In this document: piece by piece, positions 1 through 7,294 of the stretch
Layout of the letters: each line of letters starts with the position of its first letter
Numbering within the stretch: the stretch's first letter is position 1
IMG/VR virus record: IMGVR_UViG_3300045000_000115
Span: 1-43,717 of that record
Source of the DNA: a virus
Taxonomy: Duplodnaviria; Caudoviricetes
DNA length: 43,717 nucleotides
Direction: 5' to 3' (one strand)
Notes under the pieces: generated by a model
What the model was told of the DNA's origin: nothing
The model's input: only the letters and a program-made list of their open reading frames with translations
The model's database searches: none
Program-made: the position numbers and the translations under genes

Positions 1-71
1 ATCTCCGGCCGCCCGGCGATCGACGATCATGTCCGGCCCCCCACCCCTGCCGGTGACCCTGTGTGACCCCC

Positions 72-377
72 TCACGGGTCGGCCTCGTGTACCCATGTGG
101 TGGCACGTGTTTGTCGTGCTCGGCGCGCGGCCTTGCCTCGTGCTCCAGCACTGGAGTTGCAGGTGAGGTGAGCGGGGCCGAGGTTGGCTGGGTCGAGTGG
201 GTCGCCGCCGTCGGCCAGGTCGCGGATGTGGTCGACGGTCTTGCTCATGCGGTGCGGCCAGGGCAGACGCTTGTCGATGGGCTGGCGGCAGCGGATGCAG
301 ATGAGGAGGTCGGGTGCCAGCACGAGGGCGCACGCCTGCCGCCATCGTGCGCCGGTTCTGCCTGGGCTGCGCACCAC
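72..377 (-). CDS. HNH endonuclease (packaging-associated)
   Basis: CxxC ... VDHI...GG...NL...H..CN motif; precedes terS on the circular map. Confidence 0.9.
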   Translation of the reverse strand: MVRSPGRTGARWRQACALVLAPDLLICIRCRQPIDKRLPWPHRMSKTVDHIRDLADGGDPLDPANLGPAHLTCNSSAGARGKAARRARQTRATTWVHEADP

Positions 378-396
378 CGGGGCGGACCACCTTCGG

Positions 397-582
397 TCAC
401 GGCGTTCCCCGATCAGCTTCCGGGATCGCCTCCGGGCACGCCCACACGGGCATGGTCAGCACCGCGGGAGCGGATGTCTGACGGCCCTCGTCGTGTGCCC
501 AGCCAACGCCCTCGAACAGTGTGACGGGGTGGGAGCAGTTGAGGCACACGCCGCGAGCGAGCACATCACCGATTCGGGTCAC
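397..582 (-). CDS. Small hypothetical protein (CxxC..H)
   Basis: 61-aa ORF with GGAG RBS, co-oriented between the holin and HNH genes. Confidence 0.55.
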   Translation of the reverse strand: MTRIGDVLARGVCLNCSHPVTLFEGVGWAHDEGRQTSAPAVLTMPVWACPEAIPEADRGTP

Positions 583-619
583 GGCGCTCCCTATCTCGAC
601 GTGGCCAGCCAGGACGGCT

Positions 620-871
620 TCACGCCGTGTGTCGGCCTGGCGTACCGACCAGCGACGGCGAGTCGGCCGGGCCGATGCCGGCCGAGACGATCGAGGTCAG
701 CAGGGACACGACCGCGCCGCCGAGGGCCACGCCGCCGGCGAGGGGCCAGTCCAGTGTGAGCGCGTTGAGTACGACGTCACCGACGCCCCACACGGTGAGC
801 ACTGCCTGTGCGGCGGTCTTGACTGCGCGCTCGCCGGTCTCGGTCCAGAAAGTTGTGCTGCTGATCCACAT
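620..871 (-). CDS. Holin, r1t-like
   Basis: FWTETGERAVKTAAQA signature followed by two hydrophobic segments; start placed at ATG 871. Confidence 0.85.
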   Translation of the reverse strand: MWISSTTFWTETGERAVKTAAQAVLTVWGVGDVVLNALTLDWPLAGGVALGGAVVSLLTSIVSAGIGPADSPSLVGTPGRHTA

Positions 872-942
872 GATCGATCCCGTCTGATGGGAGCTGTGTC
901 TCAGTGAATGGTAGGTCAAGTGGATCACTGCTGACAGCAGTG
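871..942 (-). promoter_or_regulatory. Putative late promoter element, copy A
   Basis: Shares a 23-bp block (19/23), GTAGGTCA, GGATCAC and an adjacent inverted repeat with 41528-41582; contains the perfect palindrome CACTGCTG-A-CAGCAGTG at 926-942. Confidence 0.55.
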
Positions 943-1010
943 GCGGCGCATCCGACTCAGGCGTCGGCCCGGCGATGCGTGGCGTGACCGTGACCTACTC
1001 GTGACTGAGT

Positions 1011-1058
1011 TCCTTACAGAATCTTCGTCCCTGTCTGTTACGATAGATCTTGTAAGGA
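1011..1058. promoter_or_regulatory. Inverted-repeat operator candidate TCCTTACA..TGTAAGGA
   Basis: 8-bp perfect inverted repeat (12/14 when extended) upstream of 1083; half-site TGTAAGGA recurs at 1419-1426. Confidence 0.5.
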
Positions 1059-1082
1059 TCACAACTACAGAGAGGAACCGGG

Positions 1083-1331
1083 ATGGTACGCAATCCCGAA
1101 CTCGGAGCGGCAGTCCGCGCAGCCCTGGAAGCTCAGGGATTCGGAGTGAAGGCCACTGAGGAGCTGACGGCGGTCACGTCGAAGGACGGCGAGACCGTCC
1201 ACGTCATCACCTCGGAGATCTTCTGGCGGAATGACCTGCGGTCGGAAGCCATGCTCATGGGCTTCGCTGCGGCCCTGATGGTCCTGGAGGGCTTCGTTCC
1301 TCCGGCTGAGTTCTGGGAGGGCATCGACTAG
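1083..1331 (+). CDS. HicA-like small protein (possibly degenerate toxin)
   Basis: N-terminal 'RAALEAQGF.V' pattern typical of the HicA fold; GAGG RBS; paired with a downstream HTH gene. Confidence 0.45.
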   Translation: MVRNPELGAAVRAALEAQGFGVKATEELTAVTSKDGETVHVITSEIFWRNDLRSEAMLMGFAAALMVLEGFVPPAEFWEGID

Positions 1332-1341
1332 GTGAGATGCG

Positions 1342-1380
1342 GGCGAGTCCCGGGGTGCTGGTAACACCCCGGGACTCGCC
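1342..1380 (+). terminator. 16-bp perfect hairpin between the HicA-like and HTH genes
   Basis: GGCGAGTCCCGGGGTG-CTGGTAA-CACCCCGGGACTCGCC. Confidence 0.7.
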
Positions 1381-1445
1381 TCTCGCATCCTACGACCCCA
1401 GATCGTTCCTAGACTCCATGTAAGGAATATGGGAGGATATAAGGC

Positions 1446-1979
1446 ATGAGTACTACCTACACCGCGACGATCGCGGTCACCACCGACGTGCATCTCGACG
1501 ACGAGCAGGCCCGCGACGTGGCCGCCCGCTGGGCGACCAACAGCGGGTTCGACCTCGGCATGACCTCGACCAGCCGCGACGAACCCTGGCTGCGCGTCTC
1601 CGGGCTCGTGACGGCCGACGAGACCGGTGACGTCAGCCCAGCCCAAATCGTGCAGGCGGCCGCGGGGAACCTGCGGGTCGAGCTGTCCACGGTCGGGGCC
1701 AGCGTGGCCACGTGGGAGGCCGTCGAGGTCTGGTCGCAGGCCGAGCTCGAGCGTCGGGCGCGACGGCCAGCCATCCCGCCGATGGTCAACGCGGCCGAGC
1801 TCGCCGAGCTGGCCGGGCTGACCTCGGTCCAGCGGATCTACCAGCTGGAGGCAGAACGGAAGGCGGGCAAGCGCACCGACTTTCCCGCACCAGTTCTCGA
1901 CGGCTACTGGCTGCGGTCGGTGGGCGAGCACTGGGCGGCGACGCGGAAGCGGAGGCCGGGGCCTGCGCCGCGGAGTTGA
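1446..1979 (+). CDS. Antitoxin-like protein with C-terminal AlpA-like HTH
   Basis: GGAGG RBS; C-terminal MVNAAELAELAGLTSVQRIYQL...DFPAPV. Confidence 0.65.
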   Translation: MSTTYTATIAVTTDVHLDDEQARDVAARWATNSGFDLGMTSTSRDEPWLRVSGLVTADETGDVSPAQIVQAAAGNLRVELSTVGASVATWEAVEVWSQAELERRARRPAIPPMVNAAELAELAGLTSVQRIYQLEAERKAGKRTDFPAPVLDGYWLRSVGEHWAATRKRRPGPAPRS

Positions 1980-1981
1980 CG

Positions 1982-2605
1982 TCACCGCTCGTAGATCTCG
2001 AGGCGGTCGTCGACGTCGGCCCACCGCGGGATCTCGACGATGTGCAGAGGATCGTGCAGCTGTGTGGGTCGGTCGCTGTCCTGTCCGACGTAGACGATGG
2101 TGTCGCCGCGGTAGGAGTCGACGGCCTGATCGGCCCACGCGCCGTCGGGCCAGCAGAGCAGCAACGTCCGGTCGGGGTGGCGCGCTGCCACGCGGTGGCT
2201 GCCGGGTAGGACGCGCGTCCATGCCTGGCCGGTGTACCAGCCCTGGAAGCCGTCGGGGTCGATGTCGTAGGCGAGGACGTTGACGCCGGCGCGGCGGAGC
2301 TCGTAGGCCCAGTAGCCGCCGCCGGCGCCGATCTCGACGACGCCGAAGGGCGAGCGATGGTCGATGGCGGTGAGGGCAGCCCAGTTCGGTACAGCCCACG
2401 CGTACCGGCGGCGTGGGCCCTGGAAGTCCTCGTCGCGTGCTCGGCCGCGGCATGGATCTCCCATGCATGAGACCCAGGGCCGGCCGTCTGATACGCCGCG
2501 CGGATCGCATTCGAGCTGGTGCTGGATCGCTGCGGTGTGGTGGGCCTCGTAGGCGATCACGCCGCCCCGCGCGGGCGTGTGGGAATGGAGGTCGAGGTGG
2601 GTCAC
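1982..2605 (-). CDS. Class I SAM-dependent methyltransferase-like protein
   Basis: Motif I VVEIGAGGGYWA, followed by VLAYD and LLLCWP. Confidence 0.7.
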   Translation of the reverse strand: MTHLDLHSHTPARGGVIAYEAHHTAAIQHQLECDPRGVSDGRPWVSCMGDPCRGRARDEDFQGPRRRYAWAVPNWAALTAIDHRSPFGVVEIGAGGGYWAYELRRAGVNVLAYDIDPDGFQGWYTGQAWTRVLPGSHRVAARHPDRTLLLCWPDGAWADQAVDSYRGDTIVYVGQDSDRPTQLHDPLHIVEIPRWADVDDRLEIYER

Positions 2606-2739
2606 CGGTGGATGTGTCCTGTCTGGACGGCGACGGCCTGGCTGCGTTGCCAGAGGTGATCCGCTTGGTCGTCGGGCAATTCGGCCTCCTGGTCGAGCGC
2701 ACGGGCGGCCTGGTGAACGTCGATGGGGATCTCACGCAC
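2602..2739 (-). CDS. Small hypothetical protein (45 aa, not in ORF track)
   Basis: VREIPIDVHQAARALDQEAELPDD...; fills the gap, and its stop overlaps the next GTG. Confidence 0.45.
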   Translation of the reverse strand: MREIPIDVHQAARALDQEAELPDDQADHLWQRSQAVAVQTGHIHR

Positions 2740-2965
2740 GGGGTGGAGCCTCTGGTCCGGTCTCGTGCTGCCCGAGCTCGGCGGCGATGGCCTGCTCGGT
2801 CTCGCCGCCCATCAGCACAATGTGCAGGGCAGGCAGGCGAGGGTCGGTCTGGTCGGCACGCACGTGGATCGGCTGCCCAGCGAGCAGCCGATCAGTGTTG
2901 GTGCGGGAGAGCCCGAGGATCAGCATCGGCGTGCCGTCCTTGCTGCCGCCGGTCGCTTTGATCAC
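2732..2965 (-). CDS. Hypothetical protein
   Basis: GTGA-coupled start (VIKATGG...LILGLSRTN). Confidence 0.65.
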   Translation of the reverse strand: MIKATGGSKDGTPMLILGLSRTNTDRLLAGQPIHVRADQTDPRLPALHIVLMGGETEQAIAAELGQHETGPEAPPRA

Positions 2966-3312
2966 AGCAGCCGCTCCCAGCTCCATGCCTGGAACCCAGC
3001 ACCGTTTCCTGCTCGCGCCCGGTAGCGACCAGGGGCGATCGGCGGACCGCCAGACCCGGCAGCGACCGTCTGGTGGAGGCGGCACGCCATGAGCGCGTCG
3101 CCGAGCCGCTCGCGCAGGGGGTGGCGGACGGTGAAGGTCGTCTCACCGAACTCGACAATGTGCTCAGTCTCGCGGTCGTCGAGCAGCTGGTCGACGGCGG
3201 TGGGCTCTGGGCAGTGGAGGTAGCTGCACGTGATGTGGCCGCCGTCCGCGAGGAACAGGGTCTCGCCGCAGCCCATCGGGCAGTACCCGGCGATGTCGGT
3301 CGGCTCAGGCAT
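2962..3312 (-). CDS. Hypothetical Cys/His protein (DUF6085-like)
   Basis: GYCPMGCGETL...CSYLHC...HPLRER pattern. Confidence 0.65.
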   Translation of the reverse strand: MPEPTDIAGYCPMGCGETLFLADGGHITCSYLHCPEPTAVDQLLDDRETEHIVEFGETTFTVRHPLRERLGDALMACRLHQTVAAGSGGPPIAPGRYRARAGNGAGFQAWSWERLL

Positions 3313-3751
3313 GGTCGGTCTCCTCGGTCTCCTCGGTCTCCTCGGTCTCCTCGGTCTGCGGTGCGTGCCGGAGCGCGGTGAGCGGCACCCAGATTTCTCC
3401 GGGCCCGCCGAGGTCGATCCATGCGCCCTCGGTGCGCCGGTGCTCCAACTCGAGGACGACGCCGCCGCGGCCGGAGCTGGCGTGGTGCACGGCGTCGCCG
3501 ACGTCGAAGAGCGGCGTGGACTCGTGGCGCCACGCTTCGGGGTCCTGTCCTCGCCACGCCTCGATGGCGACGCCCCAGCTCTGCATCCGGTCGGCGTGGG
3601 TGGTCTGTTGCCAGCCGAGCGTCGCGATGGCGACGCCGGTGAGCCAGGTGACGAGCAGGTGCCAGTCGGAATCGAGCCAGGCGATGACGGCTCCGGCGGT
3701 GCTGGTGACGCCGACGATGAGCCAGGCGGCGTTGGTGATGAGCCGGATCAA
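3305..3751 (-). CDS. Hypothetical membrane protein
   Basis: Two N-terminal hydrophobic segments and an acidic ETE-repeat tail. Confidence 0.65.
   Translation of the reverse strand: MIRLITNAAWLIVGVTSTAGAVIAWLDSDWHLLVTWLTGVAIATLGWQQTTHADRMQSWGVAIEAWRGQDPEAWRHESTPLFDVGDAVHHASSGRGGVVLELEHRRTEGAWIDLGGPGEIWVPLTALRHAPQTEETEETEETEETDHA
3315..3357. repeat. 9-bp tandem repeat (TCGGTCTCC) x~4.8
   Basis: Directly visible; encodes ETE-ETE-ETE. Confidence 0.95.
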
Positions 3752-4128
3752 GGGCGCTCCTGGGTGGTGATGTCGAGCCAGAGCCGGCCGCGGCGTTGCC
3801 CGGGTGTGGGCGTGTCGATCACGGGCATGAGCTTGGTCATGTGGGCGGGGTCGTCGTCGTCGACGAGTCCGGCGTCGACGAGGCCGTCGCAGACGGGCTT
3901 GAGGGTGGCGACGAGGTTGTCGGCGTCGCGGCGGCCGCGGCGGGCGGGTTGGTAGTGCAGGACGACGGTGGCGTGGTCGTGGTGGCCGAGGCGGGCGGCT
4001 TTGGCGACCCAGCCGGCATCGCGGCGGACCCTCGCGATCTCGCGGTCGCGCTGCTCGCGCGACATGCGGTCGTTGAGGCTGAGCGGTGGCCGTTCCCAGG
4101 GCAAGCCGAGCCGGACGGGGCCGGTCAC
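3748..4128 (-). CDS. rusA: RusA-like Holliday junction resolvase
   Basis: PPLSLN ... RRDADNL..TLK...DGL.......DDD motif. Confidence 0.85.
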   Translation of the reverse strand: MTGPVRLGLPWERPPLSLNDRMSREQRDREIARVRRDAGWVAKAARLGHHDHATVVLHYQPARRGRRDADNLVATLKPVCDGLVDAGLVDDDDPAHMTKLMPVIDTPTPGQRRGRLWLDITTQERP

Positions 4129-4271
4129 CGGGCTCGTCCCCATGCGTCGGTGTCGACGTGGCGGCCGCGGACGGCGGCGCAGACGCGCCGGCGGCAGAGC
4201 TTGAGCCATGGGTCGACGGTGCTGCGCCGCCAGGAGTGCAGGCCGAGTCGACAGAGCCGGGGCGGGATCAT
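4125..4271 (-). CDS. Small hypothetical protein (C..GLH.W)
   Basis: Coupled start and stop overlaps on both sides. Confidence 0.5.
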   Translation of the reverse strand: MIPPRLCRLGLHSWRRSTVDPWLKLCRRRVCAAVRGRHVDTDAWGRAR

Positions 4272-4528
4272 CGGCGAGCCGCCCCCTTGTTCCACTTCGC
4301 CGCGAACGGGCACGTGACGCCGTGGTGCAGGTAGGTGTCGGCGCCGGATGCGCGTGCGCCGGCCGCGGCGAGATCGGACAGCACGCCGGCGACGGGTGCG
4401 CCCTGGTCGTCGGCGAGCACGACGTTGCCGCGGTCGGTGGGGGCGGCGTCGAGCGGCATCCGGGCACCGGTCGCCGCGGTGGTGGCCCAGCGGATCGGCT
4501 TGTGGCAGTAGTTGCAGGTCTTGCTCAC
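4268..4528 (-). CDS. Small Zn-finger-like protein
   Basis: CNYC..PIRWA...RMPLD...H..TCP; GTGA coupling. Confidence 0.7.
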   Translation of the reverse strand: MSKTCNYCHKPIRWATTAATGARMPLDAAPTDRGNVVLADDQGAPVAGVLSDLAAAGARASGADTYLHHGVTCPFAAKWNKGAARR

Positions 4529-5064
4529 CGCTGGCCGCCGCTCCGGGTGCAGTCGGGGCAGAGGGGCGAGTCGCAGCCGGTGCACGGCGGGACGTCGGCG
4601 GCCGGGGGCCGCGGGGCGAGCGCGCGGCCGCGGGCGGCCCACCCGGCGCACAGCAGCGCCGGTCGGCCGTCAGCCCGGAACGGCATGCCGGCGAGCTGGG
4701 GCGGGTCGTAGGCAGCGGCGTGGCCGGGTATCTCGATGCCGGACGGGTGCCGCAGCAGCACGGGGCGGCGGATGCCGTCGTGGCACCAGAACGGCGTGCC
4801 GGACGAGGCGAGCGACTCCAGCTGGTCCGCGTCGTTGGCGACGTCGGCGTCGCCGCGGCGCTCCGGCGAGTCGGGCCGGTACGCGCAGTCGGGGCACATG
4901 CGCTCGCGCACGGTCGGGATGCCGGGCTGCAGCTCGGCCTGCTCGACGTCGTAGACCGGCGTCCAGCAGTTGCACCGGTGGGGGCCGTACAGGGCGGCGC
5001 CGTAGCAGCAGGTGCCGCCGGTGTCGGGCAGGTCGGGGTTCTGCCCGAGGTCGCAGAGGGTCAT
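4525..5064 (-). CDS. Cys-rich hypothetical protein
   Basis: CCYG, CNC, CPDCAY, FWCH and CAGW motifs; ATGA coupling. Confidence 0.7.
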   Translation of the reverse strand: MTLCDLGQNPDLPDTGGTCCYGAALYGPHRCNCWTPVYDVEQAELQPGIPTVRERMCPDCAYRPDSPERRGDADVANDADQLESLASSGTPFWCHDGIRRPVLLRHPSGIEIPGHAAAYDPPQLAGMPFRADGRPALLCAGWAARGRALAPRPPAADVPPCTGCDSPLCPDCTRSGGQR

Positions 5065-5369
5065 GCGACGTCGCCCCACAGCTCGTCGGGGCCGCGGTCG
5101 TCGTCGGGGGCGTGGCGGTCGCACCAGCCGAGAACCTCGGGTCGGCGGTCGCAGCCGGCATCGGCGCAGCGAGTGAGCCACGCCCACAGCCGCCGGAGCA
5201 GGTCACCCATCGTGTGCCTCCGGTGCCTGAGCGGGGTCGGTGCCTGACCGGGGTCGCCGAGGAAGGCCGGGCTGCTCACCGGGGTGGCTGCTTGCTCCTC
5301 CTCCTGGCGCTGTTGGTCCTTCCACGGGGCTGCGGGTCTGGTGGCGTTGCTGGGCAGGGCCGAGGTCAT
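5061..5369 (-). CDS. Hypothetical protein (start uncertain, 5369 or 5210)
   Basis: TGATG coupling at 5369; C-terminal C....C........C..H. Confidence 0.45.
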   Translation of the reverse strand: MTSALPSNATRPAAPWKDQQRQEEEQAATPVSSPAFLGDPGQAPTPLRHRRHTMGDLLRRLWAWLTRCADAGCDRRPEVLGWCDRHAPDDDRGPDELWGDVA

Positions 5370-5728
5370 CACGCGGATGGTCCCGGCCGTCGTCCGCACA
5401 TGCCGCAGCGTCGAGTCCGCGCGTGCCACAGAACGGAAGTGCAGTGCGGGCACTCGTGTTCGGGCCGGATGGTGACGTCGTCGGTGAGCTGGGGGAGCCA
5501 CACCTCGGCGTCGTCCTCGCCCGGCGGGAGCGTTGGGGCCGGGACCTGAGCTCTCGGCGGCGGGGCGGGGCTCGGGAGTGGGTGCATCTCGGCGGCGTCG
5601 TCGGCGAGCTCGCCGTGTGCGATGCCCATGCGGCCGGCCGCGTCGATGAGCAGCCAGCATCCCGGGAGGGCGGCGGGCACGGCGACGCGGCCGTCGGGCA
5701 GCAACCATGCGCGCGTGAGGCTCGTCAT
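5369..5728 (-). CDS. Hypothetical protein with C-terminal zinc ribbon
   Basis: CPHC...CGMC; ATGA coupling. Confidence 0.6.
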   Translation of the reverse strand: MTSLTRAWLLPDGRVAVPAALPGCWLLIDAAGRMGIAHGELADDAAEMHPLPSPAPPPRAQVPAPTLPPGEDDAEVWLPQLTDDVTIRPEHECPHCTSVLWHARTRRCGMCGRRPGPSA

Positions 5729-6006
5729 CGGGGCATCCCGTCGTAGGCGGTGAAGCGCTGCATGGCGGCCCATGCGAACTCTGGGCCCCGCAGCGCGGCG
5801 AGGGCGAGTGCCGTCCGCAGGAGCGCGTCCGCGCACTCGGATGGGTCGTCGGCCTTCTCGCCGAACAGCTGGACCCCGGCGTCGTAGCTGATGTCGTCGC
5901 AGGTGATGACGTGGCAGCCGATGCGGGCGCTGGGCAGGTCGGTGCCGTCGTCGTCGCCGTCGATCACGTCGGGCGGGGTGATCGCGGTGTCGATCTGTGT
6001 GGTCAT
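5725..6006 (-). CDS. Hypothetical protein
   Basis: ATGA-coupled start MTTQIDTA. Confidence 0.6.
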   Translation of the reverse strand: MTTQIDTAITPPDVIDGDDDGTDLPSARIGCHVITCDDISYDAGVQLFGEKADDPSECADALLRTALALAALRGPEFAWAAMQRFTAYDGMPR

Positions 6007-6263
6007 GCGAGTTTCACCCCGAGCCGCTGCTCGTAGGCGGCCTGCTCGCGCTCCATGAAGTCGGCGAGCGCGGCCTGGTACTCGTCGTGTGTGAAGACGC
6101 CCTTCTCGATCAGGAGGCTGACGACCGCGCCGTTGCTGACGAGCGCGGAGTTGACCCCGACTCGGAGGTGCTTGGGCTCGCATGGCTTGCCCATCTCGGC
6201 CGCGACGCCGGACTGCATCGCGTGAGCGGCGGCGGAGTAGCGGTCTATGTCGTGTTGGGTCAC
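6003..6263 (-). CDS. Hypothetical protein
   Basis: AAHAMQSGVA...PKHLRVGVNSA; GAAAGG RBS and GTGA coupling. Confidence 0.7.
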   Translation of the reverse strand: MTQHDIDRYSAAAHAMQSGVAAEMGKPCEPKHLRVGVNSALVSNGAVVSLLIEKGVFTHDEYQAALADFMEREQAAYEQRLGVKLA

Positions 6264-6838
6264 TGTGGTGCCTTTCGGTCGGGGGTGGCACGGGAGCTCG
6301 CGCCGCGCTGCGCCGGGTCGGTGGGCCAGTGCTTCTCGAGCGATGCGACGACGTCCCGGGCCCGGGCGTCGTCGAGGCCGTACTGGCCGACGAGCGCGCG
6401 GCGCAGGTTCGCGTCGAGGTCGGCGGCGGCCAGGGCGGTGAGGACGCCGATGGCGTGGCCGCGTAGCTCGTGGGGTGTGAGCTCGCCGATGGCTCGCCCG
6501 TCGAGGGCCATGTACAGGAAGGGCCCGACGCGCCGGAGGCCGACGGTGAACTGCAGGGGCGCGGTGGAGCTGTGGTCGTCGGGCCTGTTGGGGCGCAGGT
6601 CGTTGACGAGGGTCGCGACGGCCAGCCGCTCGTCGAGGCCGATCTGCTGCAGCAGCGCGAACACCGCGGCGTCGTGCTCGGCCTCGGTCGCTCGGGCGAA
6701 GCACCCGACCGCGTGGGCGATGGCCTGGTCGCGGTTGAGCGCCCACGCCCGGTCCGGGCCGACATTCAGCCCGACGCCGTAGGTGCCGTCGGGGAGCACC
6801 TCGGAGCGCACCCACAGCGTGGTGTCCTCGGTGGTCAT
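6260..6838 (-). CDS. Hypothetical protein
   Basis: 192-aa ORF with plausible composition, coupled to its neighbours. Confidence 0.7.
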   Translation of the reverse strand: MTTEDTTLWVRSEVLPDGTYGVGLNVGPDRAWALNRDQAIAHAVGCFARATEAEHDAAVFALLQQIGLDERLAVATLVNDLRPNRPDDHSSTAPLQFTVGLRRVGPFLYMALDGRAIGELTPHELRGHAIGVLTALAAADLDANLRRALVGQYGLDDARARDVVASLEKHWPTDPAQRGASSRATPDRKAPQ

Positions 6839-6944
6839 CAGCGGCCTCGCCGTCCGCGCTGGCCGGTCCAGGGGCTGTTGATCCAGGACCGGCGGCGCTG
6901 CGGGCTGTAGGCGCGGAGGACGGCGGCGGCGTCGGCCGGGGTGA

Positions 6945-7226
6945 TCAGGCCGCGCGTGAGCGCGTTGGCGATCTGAGGGCGGATGTCGCGGCGACGGTCG
7001 AGCGGGAGGAGCCGGCGGTCCGGCTCGTCCGCGCGCGGAGCGTGATCCGGGCCGGGTGCGCCGGGAACCTCTGCAGCGGCTCCCCCGTGATGGGGTTGCG
7101 GCAGGTCACCTGGCTCGGCGCCAGGCACCCGGGGCAGGGCACCGTCTGCGCGTCCTCCCGCTCCTGCAGCCACTCGAGGGAGGCCTGCGCGGTGAGCTGG
7201 GCTCGTGTGAGTCGACGGCGGGACAT
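6945..7226 (-). CDS. Zinc-finger protein
   Basis: GGAGGT RBS; CPGC.A.....C..........H..R. Confidence 0.65.
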   Translation of the reverse strand: MSRRRLTRAQLTAQASLEWLQEREDAQTVPCPGCLAPSQVTCRNPITGEPLQRFPAHPARITLRARTSRTAGSSRSTVAATSALRSPTRSRAA

Positions 7227-7294
7227 GGTTCTCACCTCCCGGCAAGCGGGGCGATGGTTCCGAAACGCTGTAATCATTGCATGGCGAAAGCGGG

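Noticed and set aside
1065-2735. Long alternative-frame and antisense ORFs (e.g. 1065-2735, 13957-15591, 26111-28405, 32510-34447)
   Set aside because: Arg/Pro/Gly-rich shadow ORFs expected in very high-GC DNA, overlapping better-supported genes
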